A stretch of DNA of 63,770 bases from Octopus bimaculoides (GCF_001194135.2 NC_068982.1:148523512-148587281); one strand, 5' to 3'; shown: positions 12,562-25,510, numbered from the stretch's first letter. Notes: generated by a model from the letters alone, not told the origin. A program made the numbers and translations.

Positions 12562-12650
12562 ATTCACCTGGAGAAAACAGTTTTTCTTACATAATGTAAT
12601 AACTCTATTAATCAATATAAAAAAACACGTTTGAAACAGCTGTAAGGAAT
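12562..12650 (+). ncRNA. Degenerate hammerhead-like motif with long stem II
   Basis: CUGGAGA (12568-74), AAAC...GUUU-closed stem II, GAA-ACAGCUGU-A (palindromic stem III); core and proximal stem I carry mismatches. Confidence 0.4.
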
Positions 12651-12752
12651 GAACCAATTTTCATCTGGTGCTATTTATTTATCATTCACCTTACTCGGAA
12701 CCTGTAATAAGTGTGAATCTGAAGTCTAGGAAACACAATACAACTGATGCAG

Positions 12753-12848
12753 ATTGTGTTCCTCGGTACAGCCTTGAGACTTGTGGTATATTCAATCAGG
12801 CGCTTGTGATTATATATGCAACTGGAATATTAATCTGCCTGTACTTTG
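12753..12848 (+). other. Possible 96-nt coding exon (hydrophobic peptide)
   Basis: AG...GTATGT boundaries, phase 1-1, (D)CVPRYSLETCGIFNQALVIIYATGILICLYF(G); acceptor lacks a polypyrimidine tract. Confidence 0.2.
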
Positions 12849-12940
12849 GTATGTACATATAAGTTCCTCTAGTTTTGTTTTGTATATGATTGCTATTTCT
12901 TCGACCCAAATTTGGTGCTTTACTATTTAGGTACTTGATT

Positions 12941-13197
12941 CATATGGCATGTAAAAACACCATTTGAGCGTGGCCGTTGCCAGTACCACCAGATTGGTCC
13001 TCGTGCCGGTAGCACGTAAAAGCACCCACTTCACTCTCGGAGTGGTTAGTGTTAGGAAAGGCATCCAGCTGTAGAAACTCTGCCAAATCAGATTGGAGCC
13101 TGGTGTAGCCATCTGGTTCACCAGTCCTCAGTCAAATCGTCCAACCCATGCTAGCATGGAAAGCGGACGTTAAACGATGATGATGATGATGATGATA
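12941..13197 (+). mobile_element. RTE LINE 3' end (young)
   Basis: Nearly identical to 48312-48460 and 49940-50093; (GAT)n tail. Confidence 0.9.
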
Positions 13198-13207
13198 TAT
13201 ATATATA

Positions 13208-13653
13208 TTCTATATTCTTTTATTCTTTTACTTGTTCCAGTCATTTGACTGCGGCTATGCTGGCGCATCACATTTTAGTCGAACAAATCAACCCCAGGAC
13301 TTATTCCTTGTAAACCTAGTACTTATTCTATCAATCTCTTTTGCCAAACTGCTAATTTACAGGGATGTAAACACACCAACATCGGTCATCAAGTGATGGT
13401 GGGGGTACAAACACAGACACACAAACACACACAAATATACACTCACACAAACATGTATATATATATTTATAGATATATATATATATATACGAGAGGCAAC
13501 TTTCAGTTTCTGTCTACCAAATCCACTCACAATGCTTTGGTCAGCCCAAGACTATAGTAGAAGACACTTGTCCAAGGTGCTACACAGTGGGCCTGAACCC
13601 AGAACCACACGGCTGGTAAGTAAGCTACATACCACACAGCTACACCTGCGCCT
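13208..13653 (-). mobile_element. SINE family A, full length
   Basis: tRNA-like head (tggtaag...ggttcagg), internal (TA)n/(TG)n tract, tail ...cagtcaaatgactggaacaagtaaaaga. Confidence 0.9.
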
Positions 13654-14103
13654 ATATAATATAGAACAGAAATCATCAGTGGGAGGCATCCAGTCACCAC
13701 TTGCCAGTCAAATGTCACTACCAGGATATATAGAATATCAGAATCTTTTCAGACACTGCTGTAGCAAATAACCAGCAGGCTTATTAAAAATTAATGATGA
13801 TTTCCCATGACAGATGATACTTGTCTGCTACAATCTCTGTGTGTGCTTTTATGAATGAAGCATTTATATGAGAGGATGTCTCCAGACTAATAACATAGTA
13901 TTCAGTGTTATAACAAGAGACATCTACATTAAGCTGGATATAAAGATTACTTTTGCTGTTGATACTGCTTCCACTGCTAAATAATTAACATATATATATA
14001 TATATATTGATAGAAAGGACAACAAAAGAAAGAAAGAGACCTTGATATTATGTAAATAGAGGAATTTATCTGTAAAAATATGTGACACTTATTCGGTAAC
14101 CAT

Positions 14104-14164
14104 GATAAAACTCTGAGTTTCAGATGCCGGGGTGGGAACCCACGCCAACATCTCTTCAGCTATC
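14104..14164 (-). ncRNA. Type I hammerhead ribozyme motif
   Basis: GAUAG-CUGAAGA-GAUGUUGG..CCGGCAUC-U-GAA-ACUC-A-GAGU-U-UUAUC. Confidence 0.75.
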
Positions 14165-14207
14165 CGGCCATTGAAAATTCCTGTGAAAAATGAATTTTCA
14201 ATGGCCG

Positions 14208-14268
14208 GATAACTGAAGAGATGTTGGTGTGGGTTCCCACCCCAGCATCCGAAACTTGGAGTTTTATC
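14208..14268 (+). ncRNA. Type I hammerhead ribozyme motif
   Basis: GAUAA-CUGAAGA-GAUGUUGG..CCAGCAUC-C-GAAAC-UUGGA-GUU-UUAUC. Confidence 0.7.
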
Positions 14269-14330
14269 ATGGCTACCGAATAAGTGTCACATATTTTTAC
14301 AGATACATACATACATATATATATATATAA

Positions 14331-14831
14331 GAGGTATACCCAGGAAGACATGAGATGAGGTGGTGAAGCACAACCTTTGAATGTTTGGCCTCATTGAGAA
14401 AATGACAAGCAACTGAGACGTTTGGAGATATGTCATGCATGTGAAAACCTGTTGAACCGAGTGAAATCGATGCTGGGGCTGATGCCAGTGCTACCTGACT
14501 GGCATCTGTGCTGGTGGCATGTAAAAAGCACCATTCCAACATGACCTATGCCAGTGCTGCCTGGCTATCACGCATGCCAGTTGCATGTAAAAAACACCAT
14601 CCATGCGTGGATGATTCTAATGCCACCTGATTGGCACCCGTGCTGATGGCATGTAAAGAACACTCACCACATTCTTGGAGTAGTTGGCATTAGGAAGGGC
14701 ATCCAGCTGCAGAAACCTTGCCAAATCAGATTGGGGCCTGGTGCAGCCTCCCGGCTTAACAGTTCTCAGTCAAACCGTCCAACCTAAGCGAGCATGGAAA
14801 GCAGATGTTAAACAATGATGATGATGATGAT
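14331..14831 (+). mobile_element. RTE LINE ORF end + 3'UTR + tail
   Basis: RGIPRKT*DEVVKHNL*MFGLIEKMTSN*DVWRY runs into the repeat-unit 3'UTR and (GAT)n. Confidence 0.85.
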
Positions 14832-14849
14832 TATATATACATACATATA

Positions 14850-15235
14850 TACATTTTTAATTCAGTCAATAAACTGTGACCATATTAAGGTACCATCTTA
14901 AAGGGTTTAGTTGAACAAACTGATCCCAGTACATTTTTTAAAATTATTCCATTAGTCACGTTCTGCCCAATAATTAAGTTACAACAATGTAAACAAACCA
15001 ACACCAGTTGTCAAGTGGTGGTGAGGAAGGATTAACACAAACACAAAGAAACACACACACACACACACACACACACAAGCATAAGTTTATACATACATAA
15101 ATGTATGTGTGTGTGTGACAGGTTTATTCAAATCCACTCACAAAGCTTTGGTTATGATAGAAGACACTTGCCCAAGGTACCATACAGTGGACTGAACCCA
15201 TACCCAAGCAAACTTCCTGTCATGTAGCTATGCCT
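14850..15235 (-). mobile_element. SINE family A (diverged)
   Basis: Homologous to 13208-13653. Confidence 0.7.
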
Positions 15236-15240
15236 ATATA

Positions 15241-15447
15241 TTCTTTTCTACTCTAGGCACAAGGACTGAAATTTTGGCAGGAGGGGGCCAGTCAATTAGA
15301 TCAACCCTAGTATGCAACTGGTGCTTAATTTATCGACCCCGAAAGGATGAAAGATAAAGTCGACCCTGGCAGAATTTGAACTCAAAACGTAAAGACAGAC
15401 GAAATACCACTATGCACTTCACCTGGTGTGCTAACATTTCTACCAGC
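15241..15447 (-). mobile_element. SINE family B
   Basis: aatttatcgaccccgaaaggatgaaagataaagtcgacc...tttgaactc. Confidence 0.85.
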
Positions 15448-15821
15448 NNNNNNNNNNNNNNNNNNNNNNNNNNNNNNNNNNNNNNNNNNNNNNNNNNNNN
15501 NNNNNNNNNNNNNNNNNNNNNNNNNNNNNNNNNNNNNNNNNNNNNNNNNNNNNNNNNNNNNNNNNNNNNNNNNNNNNNNNNNNNNNNNNNNNNNNNNNNN
15601 NNNNNNNNNNNNNNNNNNNNNNNNNNNNNNNNNNNNNNNNNNNNNNNNNNNNNNNNNNNNNNNNNNNNNNNNNNNNNNNNNNNNNNNNNNNNNNNNNNNN
15701 NNNNNNNNNNNNNNNNNNNNNNNNNNNNNNNNNNNNNNNNNNNNNNNNNNNNNNNNNNNNNNNNNNNNNNNNNNNNNNNNNNNNNNNNNNNNNNNNNNNN
15801 NNNNNNNNNNNNNNNNNTATA

Positions 15822-15857
<36 letters not shown>

Positions 15858-16211
15858 TGTATGTATGTATAAAAATGAAATGGGACCAAGGATTGGATAG
15901 GGTGAGTGGGTGGGTAAGTTAGCAAGATCATAAAAGGAGAGTGGAAAGTGGACAGGCAGAGAAATGTAGTGACACAGCCAGAGAAACCATGCCAAAGGAG
16001 ACAGTATAGTTTGGTGTAGACTTGTGAGTTGCCAGCTCCAGTTATACTGTCCAACGAACATCCTTATGGAAAACAGCTATTAAATGATGATGATACATAC
16101 ATACACATATACACATACACACACACACACACACGAATGTATGTATATAATATAATATAATATTATGTAATGTATTGTATGTACACATACAAGTACATGC
16201 ACAAGACAAAA

Positions 16212-16246
<35 letters not shown>

Positions 16247-16935
16247 GTATGCCTATTCCATAAGAGTGAGCTTAACTTCTTAGTTTTATTGATTCAAAAT
16301 GGATGAAAAAAATCTAAATGAAAAAAATTTTCTTTTGTTTGTTTGTTTTTAAATTTTAAATCAGAAATGTAATTTTCTAAAAATTACTCATCAACTGTTT
16401 AGCCTAGATAGACCAAAACATTAAGACTGGACCATTATCCTTCCTAACTTGTTTTGTCGTATTGTATTTAACTTTCTCGTCAGGAACATTTTTGTCTGTG
16501 TTTGCCATTTATGTAATCCTCGAGAATTAGAACTTGGAATATGTAATGCTATGCACTTAAAAAAAATTATAAGGATTTGTTTGAAGAAAGATACTTGGAT
16601 GCTATACCTACAGCTCAAGAGACTTACATTGAAGTTACCTCATTGGTTCATTTTATCAACAGTTAATCCTCTTCTGTGAAGCCTATTTTAAAGCAGCATT
16701 GTACAATATAGCAGTGAGATATTTTGAAGATGTGTTAATGGAACTAGAGTGATGGCAGTTTGCAAATGTCAAGAAGGAAGTGAGATGCGTTTGTTTGATC
16801 TGCTGGAGGTTTTGTATAAAGAGAGAAATTTAAAGGAGATGTGGATGTTCTGAATTAAGACACAGCGATGAAAGAAAGAGAAGACATTTTAGAATGAAAA
16901 AGCATCAATTGGTGCTTGCATGAGAAAAGATTGTG

Positions 16936-16988
16936 TTAGATGTTGGTAGTGGTTAGATGTTGGTAGTGGTTAGATGTTGGTAGTGGTT
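16936..16988. repeat. 17-bp tandem repeat x3 (gttagatgttggtagtg)
   Basis: Direct inspection. Confidence 0.9.
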
Positions 16989-17114
16989 TGTATATGCAGC
17001 ATTAGTGGAGGAAATGGTAGGAATGGTTATGTTGGTAGTAGAAATGGTAATATGATGCAGGTAGTCATAGTGATATTGGTAACACTGTTGCTCAAGCTGA
17101 TAATAATAATAACA

Positions 17115-17184
<70 letters not shown>

Positions 17185-17689
17185 TAATGGTAGTGGTAAC
17201 TTTGTTAGAAGATTTAATAGTAGTAGTGGTGGCAATGATTATGGGAGTGGGGCTATTATGCATATCGAAGAGATAGCATAAGCTGGTCGTGGTTGGTGGA
17301 TAAGAATCATTTGGGAGAAAACGCTGTTGATATAGTGAAAATGGGAGAGTATGGGTTGATTATAAAAGAATTTAAAAGTTGCATCACACAAAGGAGAAAA
17401 AAGAGGAGAGAGGTGGTTGTGGTGGTGGTGGTGGTCGTCATGGTTTTAGAGTGAAGCATGATGTTGCTGACACTGTTGTGTTTGCTGGTGTTGATGGAAA
17501 ATAATAATAGAAAAAAGAATAGAAAGAATAGGCTGTGAGTATAATGTGTACAAAATTCTTTGATTTGCTTTGTTTTTTTTTTGTTTTTTTTTTTCATTGT
17601 TTATGCTGTCATTTTTGTTTATTAAACCCTACTGTATTTTCTTTTAAAAGAGTTCTTTGTTGTATTAGCTAGCACTTCCTGTATTGAAA

Positions 17690-18750
17690 AATCATTATTG
17701 ACAATAATTATTTGGAAGTGGATTTTATCTTGATGGATGCAGGACTTTTAGATTTTGTGAAAGAGACAGCTCCTGAGATACTGGCAGTAGAATTCCTTCA
17801 TGTAAATACAGAGAAAATAGAATTTATCACTAACAGGCATGTCATAGAGAGAATTTGCCAGAAGAAGGGAGAGTCCAAAGGAATTGGATCTCTTTTCAGC
17901 AACACAAAAATTTTCTGCTAATAGCTGGAGTGAAATCAATGCAGTCTCTATAGTTTTGGTTTCAATGTATGGATAAGAAGCTATGTAGGTGGAACTTTGG
18001 TAATACATTTGTGTGACCTGTACTGTTTTGCTATTCAGATACATGAGAAGTGGGAAGGAATGAGATTCAGAAACAAAAAATTATTCTTTTATCTTTACCT
18101 TCAAATTCTTTTGATACCAATCTGCTTGAGACTACTAAAGTGGTCATATTTAAATTATGCAACTGAAAGGCTGGATTATTAGAGTATTGGTCAAAGATCT
18201 TGTGATAACAGTCCTAACCCCTTGCATTCTGAGATCAAAGGGAGTTAATAAAGTAGCAGTCAAGTAGTGCAATTGATTCTTCTCTTTTGCTCTCTCACTC
18301 TCTTCACTCTCTCTCTCAAAATTAGCAACTCTTCAGAGTAAGATTATTCACAGGGGACACTCACAGTCCTCTCTTCCCCCAAGAAATGACTGTTACCCTT
18401 GTCTCGTCTTGTATGCAACTGTCCAAATAAACTATAGAACTTTGCAAACATGGAGAGACCAATGCACAGAATAGTTAAAGAAGAATATGTAACTTTAAAA
18501 TTTCCTTCTTAATTGTATCTAAGAACCTTTTCTTATGTTATGTTTCCAAATACCAACCTAACAATTGAACATGTAAGTTGTTTTAATTCTCAATTATTGA
18601 TAGTCACAAGATGATCCAACACTTATGCCTACCTCCTACTTAACCTTTGATGACAAAAACTATCAGCTGTACCCAATTTCATTGCTGATGGTTACTGGGA
18701 GTGAAGCTGGATATTGCACTGGATCACTACTGTCTGTTGAGATACATTTT
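17690..18750 (-). mobile_element. Highly decayed L2/CR1-type LINE ORF2 (endonuclease-RT linker)
   Basis: Weak by-eye similarity of broken minus-strand frames to L2-type ORF2; many stops. Confidence 0.35.
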
Positions 18751-19060
18751 CTGAATAAGCTGTAGAGACCTTCCTAATATAACCATTACAGGTTATTGTA
18801 AATAAACAAGGGAGACTGTATGTAGTCATTTGACCTGCTAGACATGGTAGCTAAATCTTCCTCAAACCACTTCTCAGTCATTAAAAAGAAAATGACAAAC
18901 CAATTAATATACCAGTAGTCCTATATATCCTAAGGATACTGTATGGCCATGGCTAAAATGTTTTTCATTATATGTCAGTTCAATCAAAGTTGACCAAGGG
19001 CAACAGTAAGTGAATAAAGGATCTGAAGCTGCTAGAAATAGCTGTCAAATTTCTTCAAAT

Positions 19061-19380
19061 TATCATCATCATCATCATAATTTAACGTCTTTGTTGCATG
19101 CTGGCATGGGTCGACAGTTTGACAGGAACTGATGCGACTCCACTATTTACTTGGGCATGCTTTCAACAGCTGGATGCACTTCATAACATCAGCCACCTTA
19201 CAGCATGTACTGGATGCTTTTTCCAAGCCACCAGCACTAGTAAGGTTGCCATGCAGCTTGCAAGACTATGAACTCCAAGAGAGGTGGCTTTAGGCAAGAA
19301 GATGAAGGGTGATAAAATGAGAGAGAGGGTCAGAACATAACGGGTTTCCTGCTGAAGAGGGGCCACATGGCTACTCCTGT
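19061..19380 (-). mobile_element. RTE LINE 3' end (variant)
   Basis: (CAT)n-tttaacgtct...catgctggcatggg...cagctggatgc. Confidence 0.7.
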
Positions 19381-19479
19381 TTTAGAAAAGAAGTTAGGTG
19401 TAATTTGTTTGACCTTGTCAGTATAGTATTATGCTTCTCCCCTTCAAATGGATACAGTTATTTTTAAAACATACAGAAA

Positions 19480-19900
19480 GAGTTTGGTACATTCTTGTCT
19501 AAGGATAATTTGCTTAGTATAAACTAAAAGATTTAGGATAAAAAGCACCAAAAGAATCAATAACATTAATTTAGATTACAAAGTCAATTGAAGTTGTACT
19601 GAATGGTGAGCATGATAAATTCTTGATCTATTACCATTCTCCTTTGGATCTGGCTTGACTTCATCAACATAGAATAATCTTTTTTGTCTCTGAACTGATA
19701 TTGACAATTTAACATATAGAGAATGATTGAGGGTAGAGTGTTTCTCTAGTTATATGTGGTTTGTACTAGCGCAAGGAATTGTTATTAACTAACTGATGGA
19801 ATATGACAGAATATCAAAAAAATGTCAGAATAGCAGAACAGATAATATGGGTTTTGTTGCTGCTTTAGGTTTTAATGTTTAACCATATTGACAGATGAGG
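19480..19900 (-). mobile_element. Decayed L2-type RT C-terminus
   Basis: SSQIQRRMVIDQ resembles the DRIQRRAIRLID motif. Confidence 0.3.
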
Positions 19901-20067
19901 TGACAGAGATAGGTAGGCATTTAGACAGATTAATGGAAAAGCAGAAATAAAATAGGTGGATTGAGTTTTGTATATTCTTGGTTAAAGGAAATTATGCACA
20001 CACACACTCATACACACATACACTCACACATTTATTATAGCAAATGTTGACAATCTACACTGAGTTA

Positions 20068-20071
20068 TATA

Positions 20072-20109
<38 letters not shown>

Positions 20110-20306
20110 CATGTATGCATATATATAAATTATGTAAACATAGTATAAATATGTATACATATATATGAGTGTATGCATCATGTGTTTTTATAGAGAGAAA
20201 GAGAGAAAGAAAGAGAAAGAGAGAGAAAGAAAGAGAGAGAGAGAGAAAGAAAGAGAGAGAGAGAAAGAAAGAGAGAGAGAGAGAGAAAGAAAGAGAGAGA
20301 GAGAAA

Positions 20307-20349
<43 letters not shown>

Positions 20350-20355
20350 GAGAGA
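20068..20355. repeat. (GA)n/(GAAA)n compound microsatellite
   Basis: Direct inspection. Confidence 0.95.
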
Positions 20356-20837
20356 TGAATAAATAAAATATCAAACATTGACAGTCTCACATACAAACAG
20401 AGATGGACAGAGAGATTGCAACTACCAAGATAAATACATAAATAAACAGATAATCAGTCTGATATATAAATAGATTAACTGGATAGCATGTGACAAATCG
20501 AAGAAACACAGCACAGATAGGTAGATATTGTGATAGATTGGTTACAGTGTGACAGCTGAGATTCTTAGGTGGATAGATCACATCAATAAGCTAATGTACA
20601 GAGAAACTAAACAAACTTTAACAGAACAGAATGACTTTAACAAGAAACACAGTTGAATCTTGAGACAGACAAAGTAAATGAAAAAGCTAAGAATGTAAAT
20701 GGGAACAAATAAATGAAATGTCTGAATAGAAAATTGACTAACAATAGAGTAAATTAATTGGGTAAAAATGTAAATTCATGCACAGTTGGCCATGTAATAT
20801 GTATGTATGTGTGTAAGAGTGTGTCTGCATATATCTA

Positions 20838-20872
<35 letters not shown>

Positions 20873-21451
20873 NNNNNNNNNNATATATATATATATATAT
20901 ATACACATGTGTGTCTGTGTGTAAACACACATATATGTAAGCCCACATATATGTAAAAAAATATATACATCTGTATTTTTTATACACACACATAAATATA
21001 CATACATACATATATATATTTATATATGTATGTATATTCACATATGTGTATAAAAAAAAAGTATATATATATATGTGTGTGTATGTAGATATATATATGT
21101 AAATATATACACATGTATGGATTTGTAGCAATTTATATGTGTATATATATATATGCATAGATATTTACATATGCATATAGCTAGGTAGTTACATAGCTAG
21201 ATAGATAAATATGTATACACACATACGGGCATGCATACACACATATATACATTTATGTATTTACGTACCTTTATAAGTTTGTGTGTGGTGTGTGTGTGTG
21301 TGTGTGTGTGTACTTGTGTCTGTGCGTGCATGTGCATGTATATGTGTGTGTGTGAGTGTGCTAGTACAGTGATATCAAACTGACGGACCATGTTGTGAAA
21401 GTTACAGAAAGAATTATTTCCCAATTACTTAGGAAGAAAATAGGTTAAATA

Positions 21452-21775
21452 AGATGCAGTTTGACTTTGTGCTGTGGGGAAGAATACTACTGATATTTCC
21501 TTTCTAGTAAGACAACTGCAGGAGAACTATTCAGCAAAAAGTAAACCACCGTATTCATTAACCTGGAGGAAGCCTTTGGCAAGGTACCTTGCTCTGAGAT
21601 CTTGTTGTCCTTGTGGAAGCTAGGAGTAGATGAATGGCTTTTGGGAACCATACAAGCAATGTACAGCCGTGCTGTCAGTAAGGTGAGAGCTAGCAACAGG
21701 TACAGAGACAAATTTAATGTACAGGTAGGACTTCACCAACACTCAGTCCCCTCCTATTCATCTTTATTTCTCACA
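21452..21775 (+). mobile_element. RTE LINE reverse transcriptase fragment
   Basis: MQFDFV..NTTDISFLVRQLQENY..NLEEAFGKVP..LWKLGVDEWLLGTIQAMY..FNVQVGLHQHS. Confidence 0.9.
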
Positions 21776-22022
21776 TCTCCCACTCTTTCACCCTACAAAC
21801 CATCTGCTTTTTTTTTCTGATTTTTCTATAGTTCTATTATACTGCTGCTCTCCACCCTTCCTGTATGGCCACTTAACACTTGCTTTTTTCCCTGAGCCAC
21901 TCCTATAACTTTACCTTCCACCTCATATTCATATTTACCATCATCTACTACTCCACTATCAACCAAAACTCCATCTTTCAATCCATTCACCTTTACCACC
22001 ATTTCTAACCTTTTGTCATTTT

Positions 22023-22425
22023 CAGAGCTGGATTAAAACCCATCGAGGCCTTAAGCATTTAAAAGATTTTGGTGCCCCCATAAAAGATTATGTAATTCAA
22101 AATATAAACAATAACAAACCATACAATAAATTTTCATTTTTCAAAACGAAATAAAACAGTAAGAGAGAAAATAATGTTTATTTTTGTATACTTCCACTTT
22201 ATTTATATTTGAAAAGTTTCCTCCTACTCATTTGAATTGCTAAGTCATTGATCAGATCCTCAAAATTAATCTTAGGTAACACATCTGCATCTATACTTAA
22301 TAGAGATAAAGGCATCCCGAATATTATTTTAGCAACTTTAAAATGATTTCTTTTGTGCCGTAAACCATTTACCATTTCTGTGGTGCCCCCTCCTTCCCTT
22401 GATGCCCTAAGCACGTGCACTCTCC
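22023..22425 (-). mobile_element. Non-autonomous hAT element with transposase C-terminal remnant
   Basis: LSLLSIDADVLPKINFEDLINDLAIQMSRRKLF (hAT dimerisation-domain end); TIR-like cagagctggattaa; homologous to 46707-47066. Confidence 0.75.
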
Positions 22426-22844
22426 TCTCATACTTTAATGGATGTATCCACCTACCTTTTCTCATTCTTTGTTTTTATTCTCTCATACTCATCTTTTTGT
22501 ATCTCGAGAATATATTCTGACACCTCAGCACCTCCATCACTGTATTCTTTCTAGCTACTCCCATCCACCTTTATATGATGCAGGGTAACGATATATCTCT
22601 TTTATAGTGCAACACTTGTGCCTGTCCATCTATCATACTTTAGTCTCTCAACACCCGGTATAAAGCCACCACCCTCTCTACAACACAAATTTGCATGCCT
22701 TCGTTATTTTTCATCTCATCTATAAAACTGGACTCTTATCAACGTCATGGACATTTTAGAAATATATAAAACTATGTCTGACTTTCGACTTTTCAATCTT
22801 TTGGTAAATCTTTTTCTTTGTCTTGTGAGTTACTTGGCAATCTC

Positions 22845-23030
22845 ACTGGTACTAGCATCATGAAAAATGCACCTTGTAAACACAGTAAGTGGTTGGCATT
22901 AAGGAAATTCAGCTATAGAAACCATGCCAAAACAGAGACTGGAGTTTGATGCACTCCTCCAGCTCAGTGGATCCTATCAAACCATGCAACCCTTGCCAGT
23001 ATGGAAGACAGAAATTAAATAAAGATGATA
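22845..23030 (+). mobile_element. RTE LINE 3' end (old variant)
   Basis: ggttggcattaaggaaattcagctatagaaaccatgcc...ccagtatggaagacag. Confidence 0.6.
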
Positions 23031-23964
23031 CATATACAAATTTAACATATGTATGTATATTCGAGTATTTATATTTATATATCTTCATTTTTGTATATAG
23101 TTTGTAAGATTCCTGATGTGAATTCATTTGTTGAAACAAATTTTGTTGTGTTTTGGAATGGTCATTACACCAACAATGATTAACACACACCAGTTCAATA
23201 TCACTTCTTTATTGTTAGTCAATCAGTTAGATATCTAATCAACTAACTAATCAATCATTTGTATGTGTTGGTCAAACAATCAATTGGTTGTTTGTTTTGT
23301 CAAAGTCCTTTTGTCTCTATTCATGACTTCACCATTTCTTCAAGGTCTGCCTTGTGCCTGTCAGAAATTTAATCTTATGCCAGTGTGTATGTATGCTTGT
23401 ACATGTGTATGTAGATGTGTGGTTTCTTATAAGAGAAGGGAAGGAGAAGAGTAAGTGAAGAATGTGTATGTGCATGTGTGCGTATGTGTGTGTGTGTGCA
23501 TGCATATGTATATGTGTGTGTACGCTCACATGCCTGCTTATATCTGTGTTTGTGTATTTGTGTATGTGCATGCATTGGCCATCCAAGATCCCTTTAAGGG
23601 TTCAACCTTTTGTTCAAGGTCAGTTCAATTTCAGATCTACTGGGATTTGCTTGTCATCCCGTAAAGATTTGCAGGTGTAATTCCTCATGTAGGGATTCCA
23701 CCCTTCACTCCCCCATCCTCCCCACAAGATGATGATGATGATGATATACAATTTTAAAAGAGTCATAATGGTTGGTAAATATTTATGCAGTTCACAAACT
23801 TGCATGTCTTCATTATTCTTTGTCTCATCTTCAAGACTAGACTCTTATTGACATCATGGACATTTTAGAATATACATAAAATTATGTCTTACTTTTGACT
23901 TTTCGATCTTTTACATTGTAATAACTATTTCGGTAATCTATATTATCACTCCTGCTCAATAAGT

Positions 23965-24070
23965 GCATGAGTGGCTGTGTGGTAAGTAGGTTGCTTACCA
24001 ACCACATGGTTCCAGGTTCAGTCCCACTGCATGGCACTTTGGGCAAGTGTCTTCTACTATAGCCTCGTTG
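23965..24070 (+). mobile_element. SINE family A head only
   Basis: gagtggctgtgtggtaag...ggttcagtcccactg...gggcaagtgtcttctactatagcc. Confidence 0.85.
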
Positions 24071-24244
24071 ACCTTGTTCTTATTTTACATTGTTCTTTCA
24101 CAACATTATATTTTTTCTTTAATGATGTGTGTATTCATGAGCGAAGGCAGTTTTTTATAACTATAATATATAATACATAATATATACATATATAGACATA
24201 TATATATGTGTGCATATATATATACATATATATACATGTGTATG

Positions 24245-24287
<43 letters not shown>

Positions 24288-24344
24288 GTGTAGATGTGCA
24301 TGTATAAATATGTATTTGTCTCTGCATGAGTTTATAGAGTGAGA

Positions 24345-24845
24345 GAGCAGTGCATACCACCAAAGTGATGCTGGGGTACAAATATATGAAGCCCATCATG
24401 ACTACCTGTCTGATAAGGGTACACCAACCACATGTATTAAAACCATATGTGCATTGCATGGTGACTTTATATCAGGATAAATATCACATGACCTTGCAGT
24501 GGGGTCCAGTTAAAATTTTCTTCTGGTCAAGTAGCCCATCCCACTCAAAAGGTCCCTGAATAAGGGTTGTTTAAGGATGATAATAGAAACAGCCATGTTT
24601 CCAGAAGTGAATAATACAAACTCCAAAGAATTTTTCTCAGTATATGCCTATGATGCTCCCCCACATGATCAGAGATGCACTGAGGGTCATGCTCAAATGG
24701 TTATGGTCAAGCAACTGAAAAGCAGTATTGAGCAGAATATTTGCTGTAGCCCATCTTTTACACCAAGACAAAACATGTATATGATAATACTTCCAATCTG
24801 TTAAGATCAGAAGCCATGAGAGCCACTGCCTGATACTGCATTAGG
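24345..24845 (-). mobile_element. ~500-bp unclassified repeat, second copy
   Basis: Reverse complement of 6601-7140. Confidence 0.8.
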
Positions 24846-24937
24846 ACACATATATATGTGCGCATATGTGAATGTAAGTATGTATACATGTTTGTATTTA
24901 TGTATCAATATTTTTATGTTTCTTTATATCTGTGCAT

Positions 24938-24996
<59 letters not shown>

Positions 24997-25359
24997 TGTA
25001 TGTGTGTATGTATATGCATGTATAAATATATCTCTATGTGTGAAAATGTGTATGTATGTGTCGATATTAAATATTTAAGGAGAGAATGTATTAGACTATA
25101 AATTCAAACCTTGTGAAGCAGTTTTATTGTATTTTTAATCTGGACGATATATTCAGATTATGAGAGTCAATGGAATGGATGGCCGAATCTTGTTAGTGTT
25201 TTAAATGATGCTGAGAGGCCATATTTTATTAGATAACTGCTTTTTCTGGCATGTTTGAGGCTTTGCTTTAAAAGTTCTCTTATAAGAATTTTATGTTGTG
25301 TACATATATCTACAGGCATATGATAGCAAACTTCTCAATCAGATCACCAGGCCTCTTCC

Positions 25360-25412
<53 letters not shown>

Positions 25413-25414
<2 letters not shown>

Positions 25415-25510
25415 CATCATCATCGTCATCGTCGTTTAACGTCCGCTTTCCATGCTAGCATGGGTTGGACGATTTGACTGAGGACTGGTGAAACCAGATG
25501 GCTACACCAG
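25413..25510 (-). mobile_element. RTE LINE 3' tail, short truncated young copy
   Basis: gtttaacgtccgctttccatgctagcatgggttggacgatttgactgaggactggtg. Confidence 0.9.

Larger units (their letters stand above)
14008..14305. mobile_element. Fold-back element, 114-bp arms (14067-14180 / 14192-14305), probable Penelope-like terminus
   Basis: 7 mismatches (all transitions), 11-nt spacer, TA-rich microsatellite flanks, hammerhead motif in each arm. Confidence 0.85.

Noticed and set aside
17712-17921. Protein-like ORF MEVDFILMDAG...
   Set aside because: Better explained as the antisense shadow of a decayed L2/CR1-type ORF2; no splice support
22570-22630. Hammerhead-like remnant atatgatgcaggg...gcaacacttgtg
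   Set aside because: Both core motifs are mutated; too degenerate to call
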